Source: Octopus sinensis
Taxonomy: Eukaryota
Direction: 5' to 3'
DNA: 64,000 bases
Assembly (NCBI RefSeq): GCF_006345805.1
Contig: NC_043008.1
Location: 27,404,001-27,468,000, forward strand
The notes beneath the pieces were generated by a model, which was not told where the DNA came from, searched no databases, and saw only the letters and a list, made by a program, of their open reading frames with translations. Made by a program: the position numbers and the translations under genes. This document shows positions 23,207 through 36,085 of this stretch, in pieces (positions within the stretch are counted from its first letter, which is position 1; each line of letters starts with the position of its first letter).

Positions 23207-24452
23207 CAGGGTGTCCCAAAATAATGTATGCACACTTTAAACAATTGTAAAGTAGTTGTTTATTAAAAGACACTTCATTTTCAAAATTTAATAGAATCTA
23301 CAGACATTATTTTATTGTTTTGTCAATGCCTGTTTTCAAACTGATGTCCGGTCTTGTCCAGGCACTGCTGACAACGCAAAGGAATGGAATCACAAATATC
23401 ACAAAGGAATTTGTTTGGTATTTGTGTGGACTCGCGTCCAATGGCTGCTCTCAAATCACCGACTTGTATGTTTCATAGCTTAGAATTTGTCTTTAAGGTA
23501 TCCCCATAAAAAAGCCTAGTGGTGTGAGGTCTGATGAATTCAACCATACCTCTTCATCCAATCCACCTGTTTAGCAAGATCTCATCAAGGAAGGATCTAA
23601 CATAGCAATGATAGTGTGGGGGTGCCCAATCTTGCTGAAAATAAATCTCTTCATCTTCAAAGTCTTCTCTAATGCTTGGCATAACAGACTGTTGCAACAA
23701 GTTCAAGTAAACGGGACCAGTCACAGTAGCATAACAAAATAATGGTCTAATTAATCCTCTTGATGATAAACCACACCACACAAATATCAAATTAACATGG
23801 TGTTTTACCATAACATGCAGATTCTCAGGACCCCAGTAGGTACAATTGTGGCAGTTAATTGAACCATTTAATTTGAATGTGGCTTCATCACTCCACACAA
23901 TTTTTGTTGGAAAGTGTGCAACTTCTACACATCGTTTCAAGTACCACTCGCAATGCTGCACTCTTTCGTCTGGATCATCATCATTAATAGCATGGACTAA
24001 TCTTGGAATGTAACTTTTCCATTGACAATGCTTCAAAATACATTGGACAGATGATTTTGGAATACCTACCTCATGACTCGCTTTGCCGCACAGATTTTCT
24101 TAGACTTTGGTGATTCATTTCCAGTACTCCTTGCTTTGTTGGGATTGTTGATGTTCGGGGTCTTCTGGAATGCTTATCGTTGACATTCTGGACAGTTCCA
24201 TCAGCTTCAAACTTATCTCTAATTCAAGTGATAGGGAGTTGCATTGGTGGATCTGTTTGAAAGTCCCTCTCCAACTGTTTTTGCACTTCAACTGCATTTT
24301 CACACTTCCAGTATCATTTTAGAATGAATTTTCTTTGTTCAAAGCTTAATCTGACTGCCATCATTAAATCCTATAGGTTTCATCTGGACAGAAAAAACAT
24401 CAATTGAGTTACCAGCTGCTAAAGTGTGTATACATTTTTTGGGGACACCCTG
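23207..24452 (-). mobile_element. rosa-like (DD41D-type) Tc1/mariner transposon, 1246 bp
   Basis: TIRs cagggtgtccc..a../..ggggacaccctg with TA duplications at 23205-06 and 24453-54; ORF 23554-24036 has [15 protein letters not shown] and [13 protein letters not shown]. The DD41D assignment is by motif resemblance; the third Asp region is damaged. Confidence 0.88.
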
Positions 24453-24474
24453 TATGTATGTACGTATGTTCACA

Positions 24475-24505
<31 letters not shown>

Positions 24506-24553
24506 GAACACGCACATATATATATATATATATATATATAAGTGTATACAAAA

Positions 24554-24690
24554 TGTGAGAAATTGGTCTAATCCTGTAGAGGGAGATGTGTTGAAGATAT
24601 TAAAAGTAAAGGAATGTACACGTCTTATTAATAAATTGATGTGGAGTAGTCCTAATATTTGATATGAATTCTTGATTTTGATTGTTTAAG
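24554..24690 (+). mobile_element. Tc1-like transposon, 3' continuation of the 19127 element
   Basis: tgt gag aaa ttg gtc taa tcc tgt aga ggg aga tgt gtt gaa gat att aaa agt aaa gga atg tac acg tct tat taa = CEKLVxSCRGRCVEDIKSKGMYTSY*, the C-terminus expected after KEEWN; right TIR not visible. Confidence 0.8.
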
Positions 24691-24699
24691 CAGCAGCAG

Positions 24700-24890
24700 T
24701 AGTTGAGAAAGGAGGCGAAGAAGGAGAAGGAGAAGAAGGGGGAGGAAGAGAAGAAGAAAAAGAAGAAGAAGAAGAAGAAGAAGGAGAAGAAGAAGGATAA
24801 GAAGAAAAAGAAAAGAAGAAGAAGAAGAAGAAGAAGAAGAAGAAAAGAAGAAGAATAAGAAGAAGAAGAAGAAAAAGAAGAAGAAGAATG
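24700..24890. repeat. (GAA)-rich microsatellite
   Basis: gaagaag/aaaaagaag repeats. Confidence 0.9.
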
Positions 24891-24899
24891 CAGAGTGGT

Positions 24900-26051
24900 A
24901 TGGCAATAGTAGGATGTTGGTGGAATCCTCTTAAATAGTTAAGTGACCTAAAAGTGACGTGTTGTGGTTGTAATGTTAGTGATTGTATTGCTCCGAATAT
25001 ATCATTTATAATATTTGCTAGGGTATTATTCACAGTCCCTTGTAGTAGTGTCATTTGTGGTGGACGCATACAAAAGGGGTTTATATTTTGTGATAAAGGA
25101 GGACTCTTTACTAATGCACTGACTACAGGTTGCATCGTCCCTGAACTGATAGAGGGGAAAAATTATAAAACTGGGTGATTTTCAGGTAAATTGAAGAGTT
25201 ACACCTCTTAATTGTTGCAAAAATTATTATCAGCAACAAAATTGGCGTCCCCATGAGTTAAAACTGAGACTTTGGAAATTTGATATGTACTTATATTTAC
25301 GTGAGTATATGAATTGATAGATACATAAATACATACACACATAGATACACATGTTCCTGTATATATAAATGTGTGTATGTGTGAGTGTGCGTGTGTGTAT
25401 ACTTGTTTCTGTGAATTACCATATGAAAAGTGCTGAAAGTATCACTCCACGAGTTTGTTCTGGGCTTTTGCATCATGTATGTCACAGCGGTCTCTGTCAT
25501 TCCCAGTAACATACCTTAGCCAATTGAATGTTATTGTATACTGATCGTATTCAACATGAAAGTAAATCCACGAGATGTGTTCACGTTGGTAAAGTTCCAA
25601 AAAGTTTCCCTGCTATACGATTTTTATTATTATAAACGTATAGTTTAGTGTGGTGCTGTTACAAACAAACTTCTCAGTTTACATCGAGATATTGAGTTGC
25701 AATAATTACTCTTTCTGTACCTTCTCAAAATATCTGCCCTGCTTTTCTTTCAGTCAGAGCCACATCTACTATACCGATCTAACCACTGTCACTTTAAGGA
25801 TATGATAAACGAATATAGTTATTAATAAGAGTGTTTGAAGTCTGTTTGATAAACTTTCTGCTTTATATCTAAACATTATCACCGTTTACAATGTTTTGTT
25901 TGTTTGAACTAATAATCCACAAACCTAAGCAAATTTGATACCTTAATTACTTCTTCTCATTTCTCTAGTGCTTCAGTGTAGTTACATCCAATATCAGTAA
26001 CCAAATGATATACAAACGAGAGCTATTTTTTTCGTTCTGACTGTTTCCACC
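24900..26051 (-). pseudogene. candidate three-exon chain of an unidentified gene (first exon has two stops)
   Basis: Putative exons 26051-25942 (ttttacttgcag| .. AAG|gtatca), 25609-25515 (tatagcag| .. AAG|gtatgt) and 25145 onward (tttttcccctctatcag|) are phase-compatible (0, then 2) into the open frame of ORF 24686-25135. No protein family recognised; the second acceptor is weak. Confidence 0.3.
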
Positions 26052-27349
26052 CTGCAAGTAAAAATATAGATGTAAGCCATCAGGCTACGTTGGAAACGAG
26101 GGATAAAGGTAGCCTTATTTGGGTGTGCAATTTTCTCTGCTATAAGGTCTGAAACAGCCATATAAATAAATCTCCAATAACCCATACGAAACGTTATTAT
26201 TTAATACTCAGTCCAAACGCATTGCAAACCAATAAATAAATAAAAGACAAATAATATTACCGACAACACGGATAACACCTTCATGTTGTTAAGTGCTTGC
26301 AATTAGATCCCTCAGATTTCATTTACTGTTCTCATATCTTCATATAAATTTTGTTTGTTTTGTCTATCTTGCAGCATAAGTACTATAAACTCACTCTTCA
26401 AGATGAAGGTATATAATGCAAATATCATGCAAATATATAATTCAAATATCAGTTACATAATAGATCTGTAGCATTCAAGTACTCCCTCAGCAACGAAAAC
26501 GTTAATGGTAAATACAAAGTAAATAGTGTTGAAATAGAATTCAACGGCCAACCACACACACATACATAAACACATGTATAAAACTCATATAATATTATTA
26601 AAATGGATCTTTGGCAACATTAGAATGTTTTTTATCTATTACAGTTCATAGATTCGTAATATGTGAAAACATTTACAGAAACGTTATTGATTATATAGCA
26701 TTGCGGACCTTCTTACATTTCGTCTTTCATCATTTACCAAGGCAGACCATCTATTAATTATATTGTATATTTCAACTTTCTTTTGTTTGATTGCCTTTTA
26801 AAATATCAAATTATTTTCCAGAAAAAATATGTTCTATATATATTTTTTCCATATCTGTTAATGTATTTGTATGAATAGAGAAATTTCTTAATATTTCCAG
26901 CTCTACCACGAACTCATGCTGTTTGATCATCCTCTAAATCATATTTATAATTAGGTGAGCTTCAAAAATATATATAATCTTCATCAGATACATATTGATA
27001 CTGAATTCAATCATATCACACAAATGAATAAAATGTGCGAATAAGATTTTTTGTGCATAATGACATCATTTTCAAATTATATGTTTTCCTTTAGCCAGAG
27101 TAAGATAATTATCGGTTATTTTAGTTGCAACGATTCTATTTCACGTAAATTATATATGCACGGTATTTATCTTAGAAAATTTAACTTTATATACTAGAAT
27201 ATATATATATGCTTGGTTTTCCAACATATTTTAACCAAAACATTTTTTCCTATTACTTCATTTCGTTATTGTTTGACTAACTACACATGGAATAGAACGC
27301 TGTGCAGCAACGGAGTAAACCATATCAACCCATAATATATATATACATA

Positions 27350-27410
<61 letters not shown>

Positions 27411-27759
27411 ATGTGTGTGTGTGTGTGTGTGTGTGTATGTATATGTTTTTAGATACATATAAGGGCATATAAATATGTATATGTATGTATGTATGCATGC
27501 GTGTGTATATATACGCATGATATTTTTAAAAGAAATTCAAATTTTCTTTTTGGAAACGTGTGCAGACACATGTAGTTTATGAAATTAAGTTTTTAAAATT
27601 TAATTTTATTTTTTATCAGTTATTATGTAAGGGAGGGCACTGTAGTTTGCCCTAGAGACATGACAGCTAATGTCAAGGAGGAGTTACTCTTCAAGCACAA
27701 GTTCTCCAATATGTCTCCTATGACGTCAGGAATACACAATCTCAGATCTCTTGTATTAC

Positions 27760-28395
<636 letters not shown>

Positions 28396-28419
28396 ATATA
28401 TAAGAATTTTTTGCGTAAT

Positions 28420-29280
28420 AAGATAAAAAAACCAAGGTTGTATAGATTTTAGACCTTTTATAGATAGAAAGTTTTACAGCCGTTTCTAGGATATATATTA
28501 ATAATATCCCTTCATCGAAGACGGTGTGAGAGGAAAAATTAAGTCAGTTTAGATGTGATACAAAATAGAGAGTGAGATGTAAGATAGATGTAAGATATGT
28601 ATGGGTATTGAAGTTGTAAATCCGTTTTATAGGCATAATGGTATATATGCAGTATTCGATTATCCTTTGAGTAAAATCAAAAAGTTCACCAGAGTTTAAT
28701 ATGGGTCCTTCCAAATATAGAGTTTATAAGCAATGTAAGATTCCCATATGATTGAGATCCAACATATTTTTAAACTCGGTCATTCCCAGTAGGTAATTTA
28801 TATACAGTGTTGCAGAGTTAATAGTTTGTATTTAAAATGACCTAGAAATAGGGTGTGTATTAGTATGGTTAAATTGAAAACAGGAAGAGAGGGATGAAAT
28901 AAAGAGAAAAAAACGGAAGAGAAAAAGGAGTAGAGAAAGGAAAAAGGAGAAAGAAAGGAGAGAGAAGATTAGTAAAAATAACAAAATGATAAAAAACATA
29001 TAAAGAATAAAAACCCTCAGATAGGAATAAAGGGAATAAAGAGAAAAGAATAAAGAAAAATTAAGATATAGATCAGTCAGTGGTCAGTGGAGATAATCTG
29101 AAGATAGGAGCGGGGATAGAGAGAGAAAGGTATTATAGTGTAGAAGATAGAGGAATGGGGATTTAAGAGGTACAGGAAAGACCAACGTGTAGTAGTAGAC
29201 TCTAATTGTGGGGCAAAGATATGAAGAATTAAGGAAATAGCAGTTCAGTGCTTAGTAATCTGAGAAAATATATATGTGAA
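28420..29280 (-). mobile_element. decayed PLE 3' fragment (GIY-YIG remnant plus pLTR with hammerhead-like motif)
   Basis: Minus-strand LYIGRTHIKL-like remnant near 28700-28760; motif gtct-TCGATGA-a-gggatat..atatcct-a-GAAAC-ggct-GTA at 28471-28522; ends in (TA)n. Confidence 0.6.
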
Positions 29281-29288
29281 GATGTATA

Positions 29289-29564
29289 TGTGGGATGACG
29301 TCAGAAGCTGGGTGAGTTGACCGGAAGTTGGGGCTTAAAGGAAAGGGGCAGCCGGCAGGCGCGCGCAGGCCGGCGATTTCGGCCTTTCGAACGAGGGTCA
29401 TCGAGGTGTGAGGACGTAGGAAGACGTCGCTAGGTTGGGTGCAGCAGCTGCTTTCATTAGTGTTCGGGTCGGGGCTGTGTCGAAGGATCCGTTACCACTG
29501 AAGGGTCTCCATCAGGGCGAAGAGAAGGTAGGTGCCTTTATATTCGTATCGCGCACACACTACA
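29289..29564 (+). repeat. 5' LTR (276 bp)
   Basis: tgtgggatgacgtcag..cacacactaca; 16 substitutions versus the 3' LTR by manual count. Confidence 0.96.
29296..29328 (+). promoter_or_regulatory. CRE (TGACGTCA) and ETS (CCGGAAGT) motifs in the LTR
   Basis: Perfect TGACGTCA at 29296-29303 and CCGGAAGT at 29321-28; both retained in the 3' LTR (33131-38, 33156-63). Function is inferred. Confidence 0.55.
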
Positions 29565-32500
29565 AGCTATTTCGGCGATTCTTAAATATTTACATTTCAA
29601 CACGATTCGTCGACACTATGTCTGCGAAAATTAGGATCGCCAGCGACATCGTCCGACCCTGTAATGGTGAAGGCGCTGTAGTGGCCTGGATTCGCAAAAT
29701 CAGGCTGGTGGCAAGACTGCAAGGTATAAGCGATGTGGCATGTCTTATGGCGCTGTATTTAAAAGGGAGCGCCTTAAAGCTATACCTTGAGATGGACGAG
29801 GAGGAACGGCTGAGCGAGGAGAACATAGGGCGACGCTTGCGAGATGCCTACACAGAATGTGAATACACAGCTTTTGCTAAGCTAGGTGCGATCAGATGGA
29901 CAGGAGGACAAGTGGATGACTACGCAGCAGAAGTTAGAAGGTTAGCGACTCTGGCTGGGTTTGCGGGAGAAGGGCTGGAAAGAGCAGCCCGGCTGGTGAT
30001 TGTGAATGGGTTCCCCGACGATGTAGATTCACCTACAACGATTGCCCGGAATTAAAAAGATGGCGCTGAGCGAACTTGTGGCTCAGTCCCGCGTGTTGAC
30101 ACGACACTCTGGGCGGAAGGCGATGGCGGTGACGGAGGCGCATAAAGACGGACGACGACCGGAGAAAGACATTCAGAAGCTTACCATGCAACGAGAGCGG
30201 CCGTTCTCAGGACGGTGTTTTAGATGACAGGCACCGCACATGGCGCGGGATTTTACGCAACCGGGACCCGTTTGCTATCGATGCAGATAGACAGGGCACA
30301 TTGCCCGTGATTGCGACCAGGGAAACGACCACGGGGAAGTTGCTACCTCTTGAAATTTCCCCACAAACGAGTAGAGACGCTATTGAAGACGCTGCCATTG
30401 ATTAACGTGGAGGCCGAGGGGAAGACGTTCAAGGCCCTCGTGGATACGGGCTGTACGACCACCCTTGTGAATTCGAGGTTGACGAGTAGCGTCCGGGCGG
30501 TCGTTGGCATCGAAATCAGTTGCAGAGGCAGCAGCAAGGTAGAGATAGTGGTGCGCGGCGCGACGCTAAGGCTGCGGGCAATTGTGGCCGAACGCGTGAT
30601 AGATGGAGTTGATGTGGTGATGGGGATTGACGCCATCAACTGCCTCGGTGGCGTCAGTGTTGTGGGAAATGAGGTCACGTTCGAAGCGTGGGGGCGTCGT
30701 GTACTGCGAGTCAGGATCGCCAGAGAGAGCAGAGCCCCGCGAGGGACTGCGCCGCTTACACCCTCGAGGACAAAGACTTTCAGTCGGCGTTCGATAGTCA
30801 GCGGTGGACGATAGAGTGGCGATGGAAGGACGAGCCCCAGGGTGAGCTGTTACCAGCATACCCTGAAAGGCCACACCAGGGTGGATTTTGAAGACGAGGT
30901 GGAGAGATGGATCGAGGAAGGGGTCCTTGTCCCTTGAAGGAGGAGGTAGCGGGTGGAGTGCTACCCCTGATGGCGGTGGTGCAGCCTACGAAGGGAAAGG
31001 TCAGACCGGTTCTGGACTTCAGGGAGCTAAACCAGCATATATCGTGTCACACGGGAGGTGAGGTGACGGACGTTTGTGGCGAGACATTACGTGCGTAGAG
31101 ACAGTCAACAGCGATGAAATATATGCCGACTTGAAATCGGCATACTTGCAACTCCATGTGAGCGACAAACTGTGGCGATATCAGCTGGTGCGGTACAAGG
31201 GCCGGACGTACTGTTTAACCAGGCTGAGTTTCGGGCTGAATTCCGCTCCGAAGATCATGGCGGCAGTGCTTAGGTCCGTACTAGGGAAAGACGGCAAGAT
31301 TAGAAAGGTCACCAGCCCCTACATTGACGACATTTTGGTGGACGAAACTGTAGTGCCAGCCAACGAGGTAGTCAGACATCTGCAGAAGTTCGGACTGATT
31401 GCTAAGCCACCGGAGTCGATGGAAGGGGCAGCCGTGCTGGGGTTGAAGCTGCGAAGAGATAGATTTGGGTGAATTGGTGTTCCGGAGAGGGAATAAAATC
31501 CCAGAGCTGAGTTCCAGCGTCAGCAGGAGAGAGCTGTTCTCGGTGTCTGGGATGTTGGTGGGTCCCTACCCGATCGCTGGATGGCTGCGCACGGCGTGTA
31601 GTTACACCAAGAGACGAGCAGAGGGGGAGAGTTGGGGCGACAAGGTGGGAGAAGGGACGGTGGCGATGATGCAGGAAATCCTAGAGAGGATGAGAGCGGA
31701 AGACCCGGTTAGGGGGAACTGGTACGTGCCCAAGACGGAATGCGGGACCGTCTGGTGTGATGCTAGCAGTATAGCGATAGGGGTTGTGGTGGCAATCGAA
31801 GGTTCTGCGGTGGAGGACGCGGCCTGGCTTCGGAATGCAGATGATTTCAACCACATGAATGTCGCCGAATTAGACGCGGTGCTGAAAGGGATGAACTTGG
31901 CCTTGAAATGGGGGCTGCGCACAATTGAAATCCGGACGGATTCGGCCACTGTGCTTGGCTGGGTAGGATCGGTGATCACCGGTGAAAGGAGAATGCGGAC
32001 TGAAGGTGCTGCGGAGATGTTAGTGAAGCGCTGTCTAGGAGTTCTAGGTGAATTGATCGCCGAGTTCGGACTGAAGCTGAATGTGGTTTTCGTGCCTTCG
32101 GAGAAAAACAGAGCGGACGTACTGACCAGGGTGAAAAGAGCGTAGTTGGAAGAACCGGAGGAGGCCCGGAAAGGGATAGCTGCGGCGTGTCGGTTGGATG
32201 ACTCTGAACTGAAGAAACTGCATGCTATGCATCACCTGGGTGTGGACAGGACCCTGTATCTGGCGAAGAAAATTGATGCAACAGGTGTCAGTCCATCGAC
32301 CCTCCGTGTGGACATGAATAGGGAAGCCTTTCCGTGGAGCAGAACTGGAAAAGGCTAGCTGTGGATGTGACACACTACCGTCAGCGAATGTACCTCTGCA
32401 TGGTCGACTGCGGGCCAGGCCGGCTGGCCATTTGGAGGGAGCTGAGATCGGGCATTGCTGATGAGATCGTGCAGATCCTGAACGGGATATTTTTAGAGAG

Positions 32501-33123
32501 AGGTCCCGTGGAAGAAATACTGATGGACAACGGGGCGGCGTTTCGTTCCGAAGCATTGAGCGTTATGCTTGATCGCTGGAATATGCGTCGCTTGTTCAGA
32601 GCAGCGTATAGGCCGAGCGGTAACGGGATCGTGGAGAGGCACCATCGGACAGTCAAGGCCATAGCGGAAAGAGGGCACATTTCGCCGCTTGAAGCAGTTT
32701 TTAGGTACAACTTGTCTCCCCGATCCGGACAAGCTGAGGAATCTGCGCCGCAGAGAGCTGTGTTCAAATATGAATGGAGGCACCCGTGCAAAGCGCCGGA
32801 GGGTCTCGAGGAAGAGAAGGGACCCGTTTGCGTGAAAATAGGGGAGGAAGTCTGGGTTAAGCCACCAAAGGCGCGCTGTACGTCTCAACGGAGCAGAGGA
32901 ACGGTGACGGCAGTCAATTCCAGAAACAACGTATCCGTGGATGGAATGCCGCGACACGTCTTGGACCTTCGCAGGATTGTCGCTTCGACGGACGACGATT
33001 CTGGAGAGGGAGAGAACGAGGTGCCCAGCTTGAGAAGATCTCGACGCGCAAGGCGCTCTCCCGGTTGGATGGTGGACTACGACATGGAGCGGAGAGATTA
33101 TGATCTTTAAGATCATGGTGGCG

Positions 33124-33399
33124 TGTGGGATGACGTCAGCAGCTGGGTAAGTTGACCGGAAGTTGGAGCCAAGCGGAAGGGGGCAGCCGGCAGGCGCGCG
33201 CAGACCGGCGATTTCGGCCTTTCGAACAAGGGTCATCGAGGTGTGAGGACTTGGGAAGACGTCGCTAGGTTGGGTGCAGCAGCTGCTATCATTAGTGTTC
33301 GGGTCGGGGCTGTGTCGAAGGATCCGTTACCACTGAAGGGTCTCCATCACGAGGAAGAGAAGGTAGGTGCCTTTATATTCGTATCGCGCACACACTACA
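33124..33399 (+). repeat. 3' LTR (276 bp)
   Basis: Direct repeat of 29289-29564. Confidence 0.96.
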
Positions 33400-33521
33400 G
33401 TATATACATGTATATATCAGATAAGTTACATATACAATCCTTATTCGTATGCGTATGCACTCATACACGCTCACTTATACGCTCATCTGCATATACGGAC
33501 TGTCAGTTTGCAATTGCATAC

Positions 33522-33561
33522 CTGATCACGAGATTCGCTTTAAAGCGAATCTCGTGATCAG
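33522..33561. repeat. perfect 40-bp palindrome with no spacer
   Basis: CTGATCACGAGATTCGCTTT|AAAGCGAATCTCGTGATCAG is its own reverse complement. Confidence 0.97.
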
Positions 33562-33869
33562 CATATCAAACATATGAAGTGTGTTTTTCAAAAAATAATA
33601 GATTACAATTTCGTACTCAGTAACGATAATTGTAAATTCTTCTTGCCTGAAATTAAATATTTAGGACAAATTATAAAAATAGAAGACGACCTGACCCGTC
33701 GAGGGCCGGCGCAATTGAAAATATGCCCCCCTAACTAATATAGCGATATGACGAACTTTTCTTGGGCTAGCGAACAATTATCAGAATTACACACCAAGCA
33801 CGTATGAATTGAGATCTTCATTTAATAATTTGCTAAATAAAGACACCAAATGGAATCGGTCAGATAAGT

Positions 33870-34590
33870 GTCAAAAGGCATTTCAGGATATTAAAACAAT
33901 ATTAATTTCGAAATTGTCGCTGTCTCAATTCGGTCCTGCAGTGGAGATTCTGGCTTCTGACGCTTCTGAATACGGCGTATGAGAAGGCTTGCAAAACAAA
34001 TATAAAGACGGTAATATGAACGCGGTCGTTCCCGCCTCCCGTGCTCTGACTGCAGCAGAATAATCTAAAGTCAGATAGAGAAACGGCTTTAGCAATTATT
34101 TTTGCCGTGAAGAAATTTCACAGATTTTTCCACGGTGGAAATTTTCAGTTTTAGACGGACCACCGACCATTACTTACAATTTTCGGATCGAGGAAAGGAA
34201 TTCCTACCCATTCAACTAACAATATTTCGAAATTACTACTTTAAAATAGAGTAAATACCTTGTAAGAAAAGTGGCCATGCGGATTGTTTATCTAGATTAT
34301 TTGCGAAGAATGAGGAGCAATTGGAAGACATGACGAAAGTCGCATTACAATCAAAAAAGAAAATCGAAAACAGTATGTGTAATGTCATTCTGGAGTTGCC
34401 AGTGACCGTACAAGATATAAAAATTAAATCAGTAGAGGACGAATACATCATAAAAATGAAGGAAAGATTGAAAACTAAACAAAAATGAAATATGAATGCA
34501 AACCATCTTTTACTCTGCGACGATGTATCAATGTACACACAAAGAGTGGTAGTACCAACTGCGCTACAGAAAGGGATATTAGAGAATGAA
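33870..34590 (+). mobile_element. Ty3/Gypsy pol fragment (RNase H to integrase linker), AT-rich family
   Basis: KAFQDIK..LASDASEYGV..ASRALTAAE..ALAIIFAVKKFHRF..TDHRPLLTIFG..GHADCLSRL..RVVVPTALQKGILE. Confidence 0.85.
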
Positions 34591-36017
34591 GACTGAAGTC
34601 CGTCACCCACACGTGAAAGCAGTAATTAATGTAAGTAGCAGACATCTAGGAAGCTCTGAAGAAGCAGTACTAAACAAAGGTCTCAATTTTGCGACAACCA
34701 TCAAGCGCTTTCTATACTTGATATCAAAAAGCTCAGGGAGATGAACTAAGGTGGAATGTTAGACAGGTACTAGAAAAGTGAAACTTCCCAAATCAAACAT
34801 CACTAAGGAAGAAAAGTTCGCTATCAAAAGACTACATCATAACACCTCCAGTGGACAATGGAAATGCTACAGTGGTGATGAACAATTCTGAATAGTCGGA
34901 AAAACTGGCAAGTCTTATAAGTGATGGTAGCTAGAGCAAAGTAAAGGAAGACCCAACTCTCAAAACAGAGAAAAAGTTGTCACAGACCTTTGTCAAGAAC
35001 AGGGATCACTTTACAGCAACGAAGTACAGACAAGTGACTCAACACTACAGTAAGCTACCATACATGACCATCCTCCCTAAGATTCACAAGGATGGTATTC
35101 CATTAATAATTATAGTGAGCTGTAGGGGTTCAGCATGTCATCCACTGAACCGTGAAGAATTCCACCCACTTCACAGAATCAATCAAGGATACCCTCATTG
35201 CATCCAAGATGGTGAGTCTAGATGTGATAAATCTGTTCACCAAAGTCCCAACTGTTGAAGCACTAGCGGCGTTTCAAGAAAAACTAGTGACAGACACCCA
35301 TCTAAAAGGATGCACTATTATACCAATAAGAAACTTGATGGAAAAGTTGACCTCCTGTGTAAAAACTACCTACTTCAGTATGGGCATTGATATATATCTA
35401 CAAGAATAGTGTTAAATAACAATCTATTAAGCAAAAACTACCCCACAAAACATACTATTCACTCCAATTATGAAGAAAAGAGAGGATGAAGCTAATAAAA
35501 TACCCACAGTCTATCTACCTTATGTGAAAGGCCTCTCCGAAAAGATACAAAATATATGCGGCCCATATGACACCTGGTGAGTATTCAAGAGAAATACAAC
35601 ACTTCGCAAATATCTCCTTTGAGTAAAACCACCAATAGAAAGAATATGAACAAAAACTGCGTGTACTCCGTCCCATGCAGCTGTGGCAGGTTATACAAAG
35701 GCGAAACATGCCGCCTCTTCGAAATAAGAGTAGACGAATATCGCAAAGCTGTGACATGAGGAGATATTGATAAATCGGGTATAGCTGATCATGTATAGAA
35801 AAATGGAGAACAACTCCCCCTGTGGGATGAATTTAAAATATTAGACAGAGAACACCACTGAAGAATACGAAAACTAAAAGAAGCAGCACATATGCTAAGA
35901 CACAACTTCCTAAGAAGACTGAATGCAGATATGAATAGCATATGGGAACCGGTATTATGGAAGGATAAGAGAATATTAGATTTATAAGACCTAAAATTCA
36001 CTCCATAATTGTACACG

Positions 36018-36085
36018 GGCATATGGTGCAGTGGTTAAGAGCGCGTGCCACTAACCCCAAGATTCCAAATTCGATTCCAGGTAGT
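36018..36085 (+). promoter_or_regulatory. tRNA-like Pol III head (A/B boxes) inside the PLE 3' end
   Basis: A-box-like TGGTGCAGTGG (36024-34) and B-box-like aattcgattcc (about 36068-78) with tRNA-like spacing. Confidence 0.6.

Larger units (their letters stand above)
29289..33399 (+). mobile_element. Ty3/Gypsy LTR retrotransposon, 4111 bp, gag-PR-RT-RH-IN with frameshifts and stops
   Basis: LTRs TG..CA at 29289-29564 and 33124-33399; 5-bp TSD GTATA (29284-88, 33400-04); gag from ATG 29618; protease ALVDTGC; RT DLKSAYLQL and YIDD (31320-31); RNase H CDAS/ELDAV/TDSA/NRAD; integrase LAVD/LMDNG/NGIVER. Confidence 0.96.

Noticed and set aside
20489-23273. Many YI/HT/CV-repeat ORFs (also at 15-16, 28, 41, 44, 52 and 57 kb)
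   Set aside because: Translations of TA, TG and TATG microsatellites.
26375-26757. Plus-strand microexon HKYYKLTLQDE plus following frame VHRFVICEN..
   Set aside because: Phase match alone has a one-in-three chance; the second piece lacks a good donor and no family is recognised.
29435-29617. N-terminal extension of the gag ORF in the ORF track
   Set aside because: It reads through the LTR from a non-ATG start; the likely gag start is ATG 29618.
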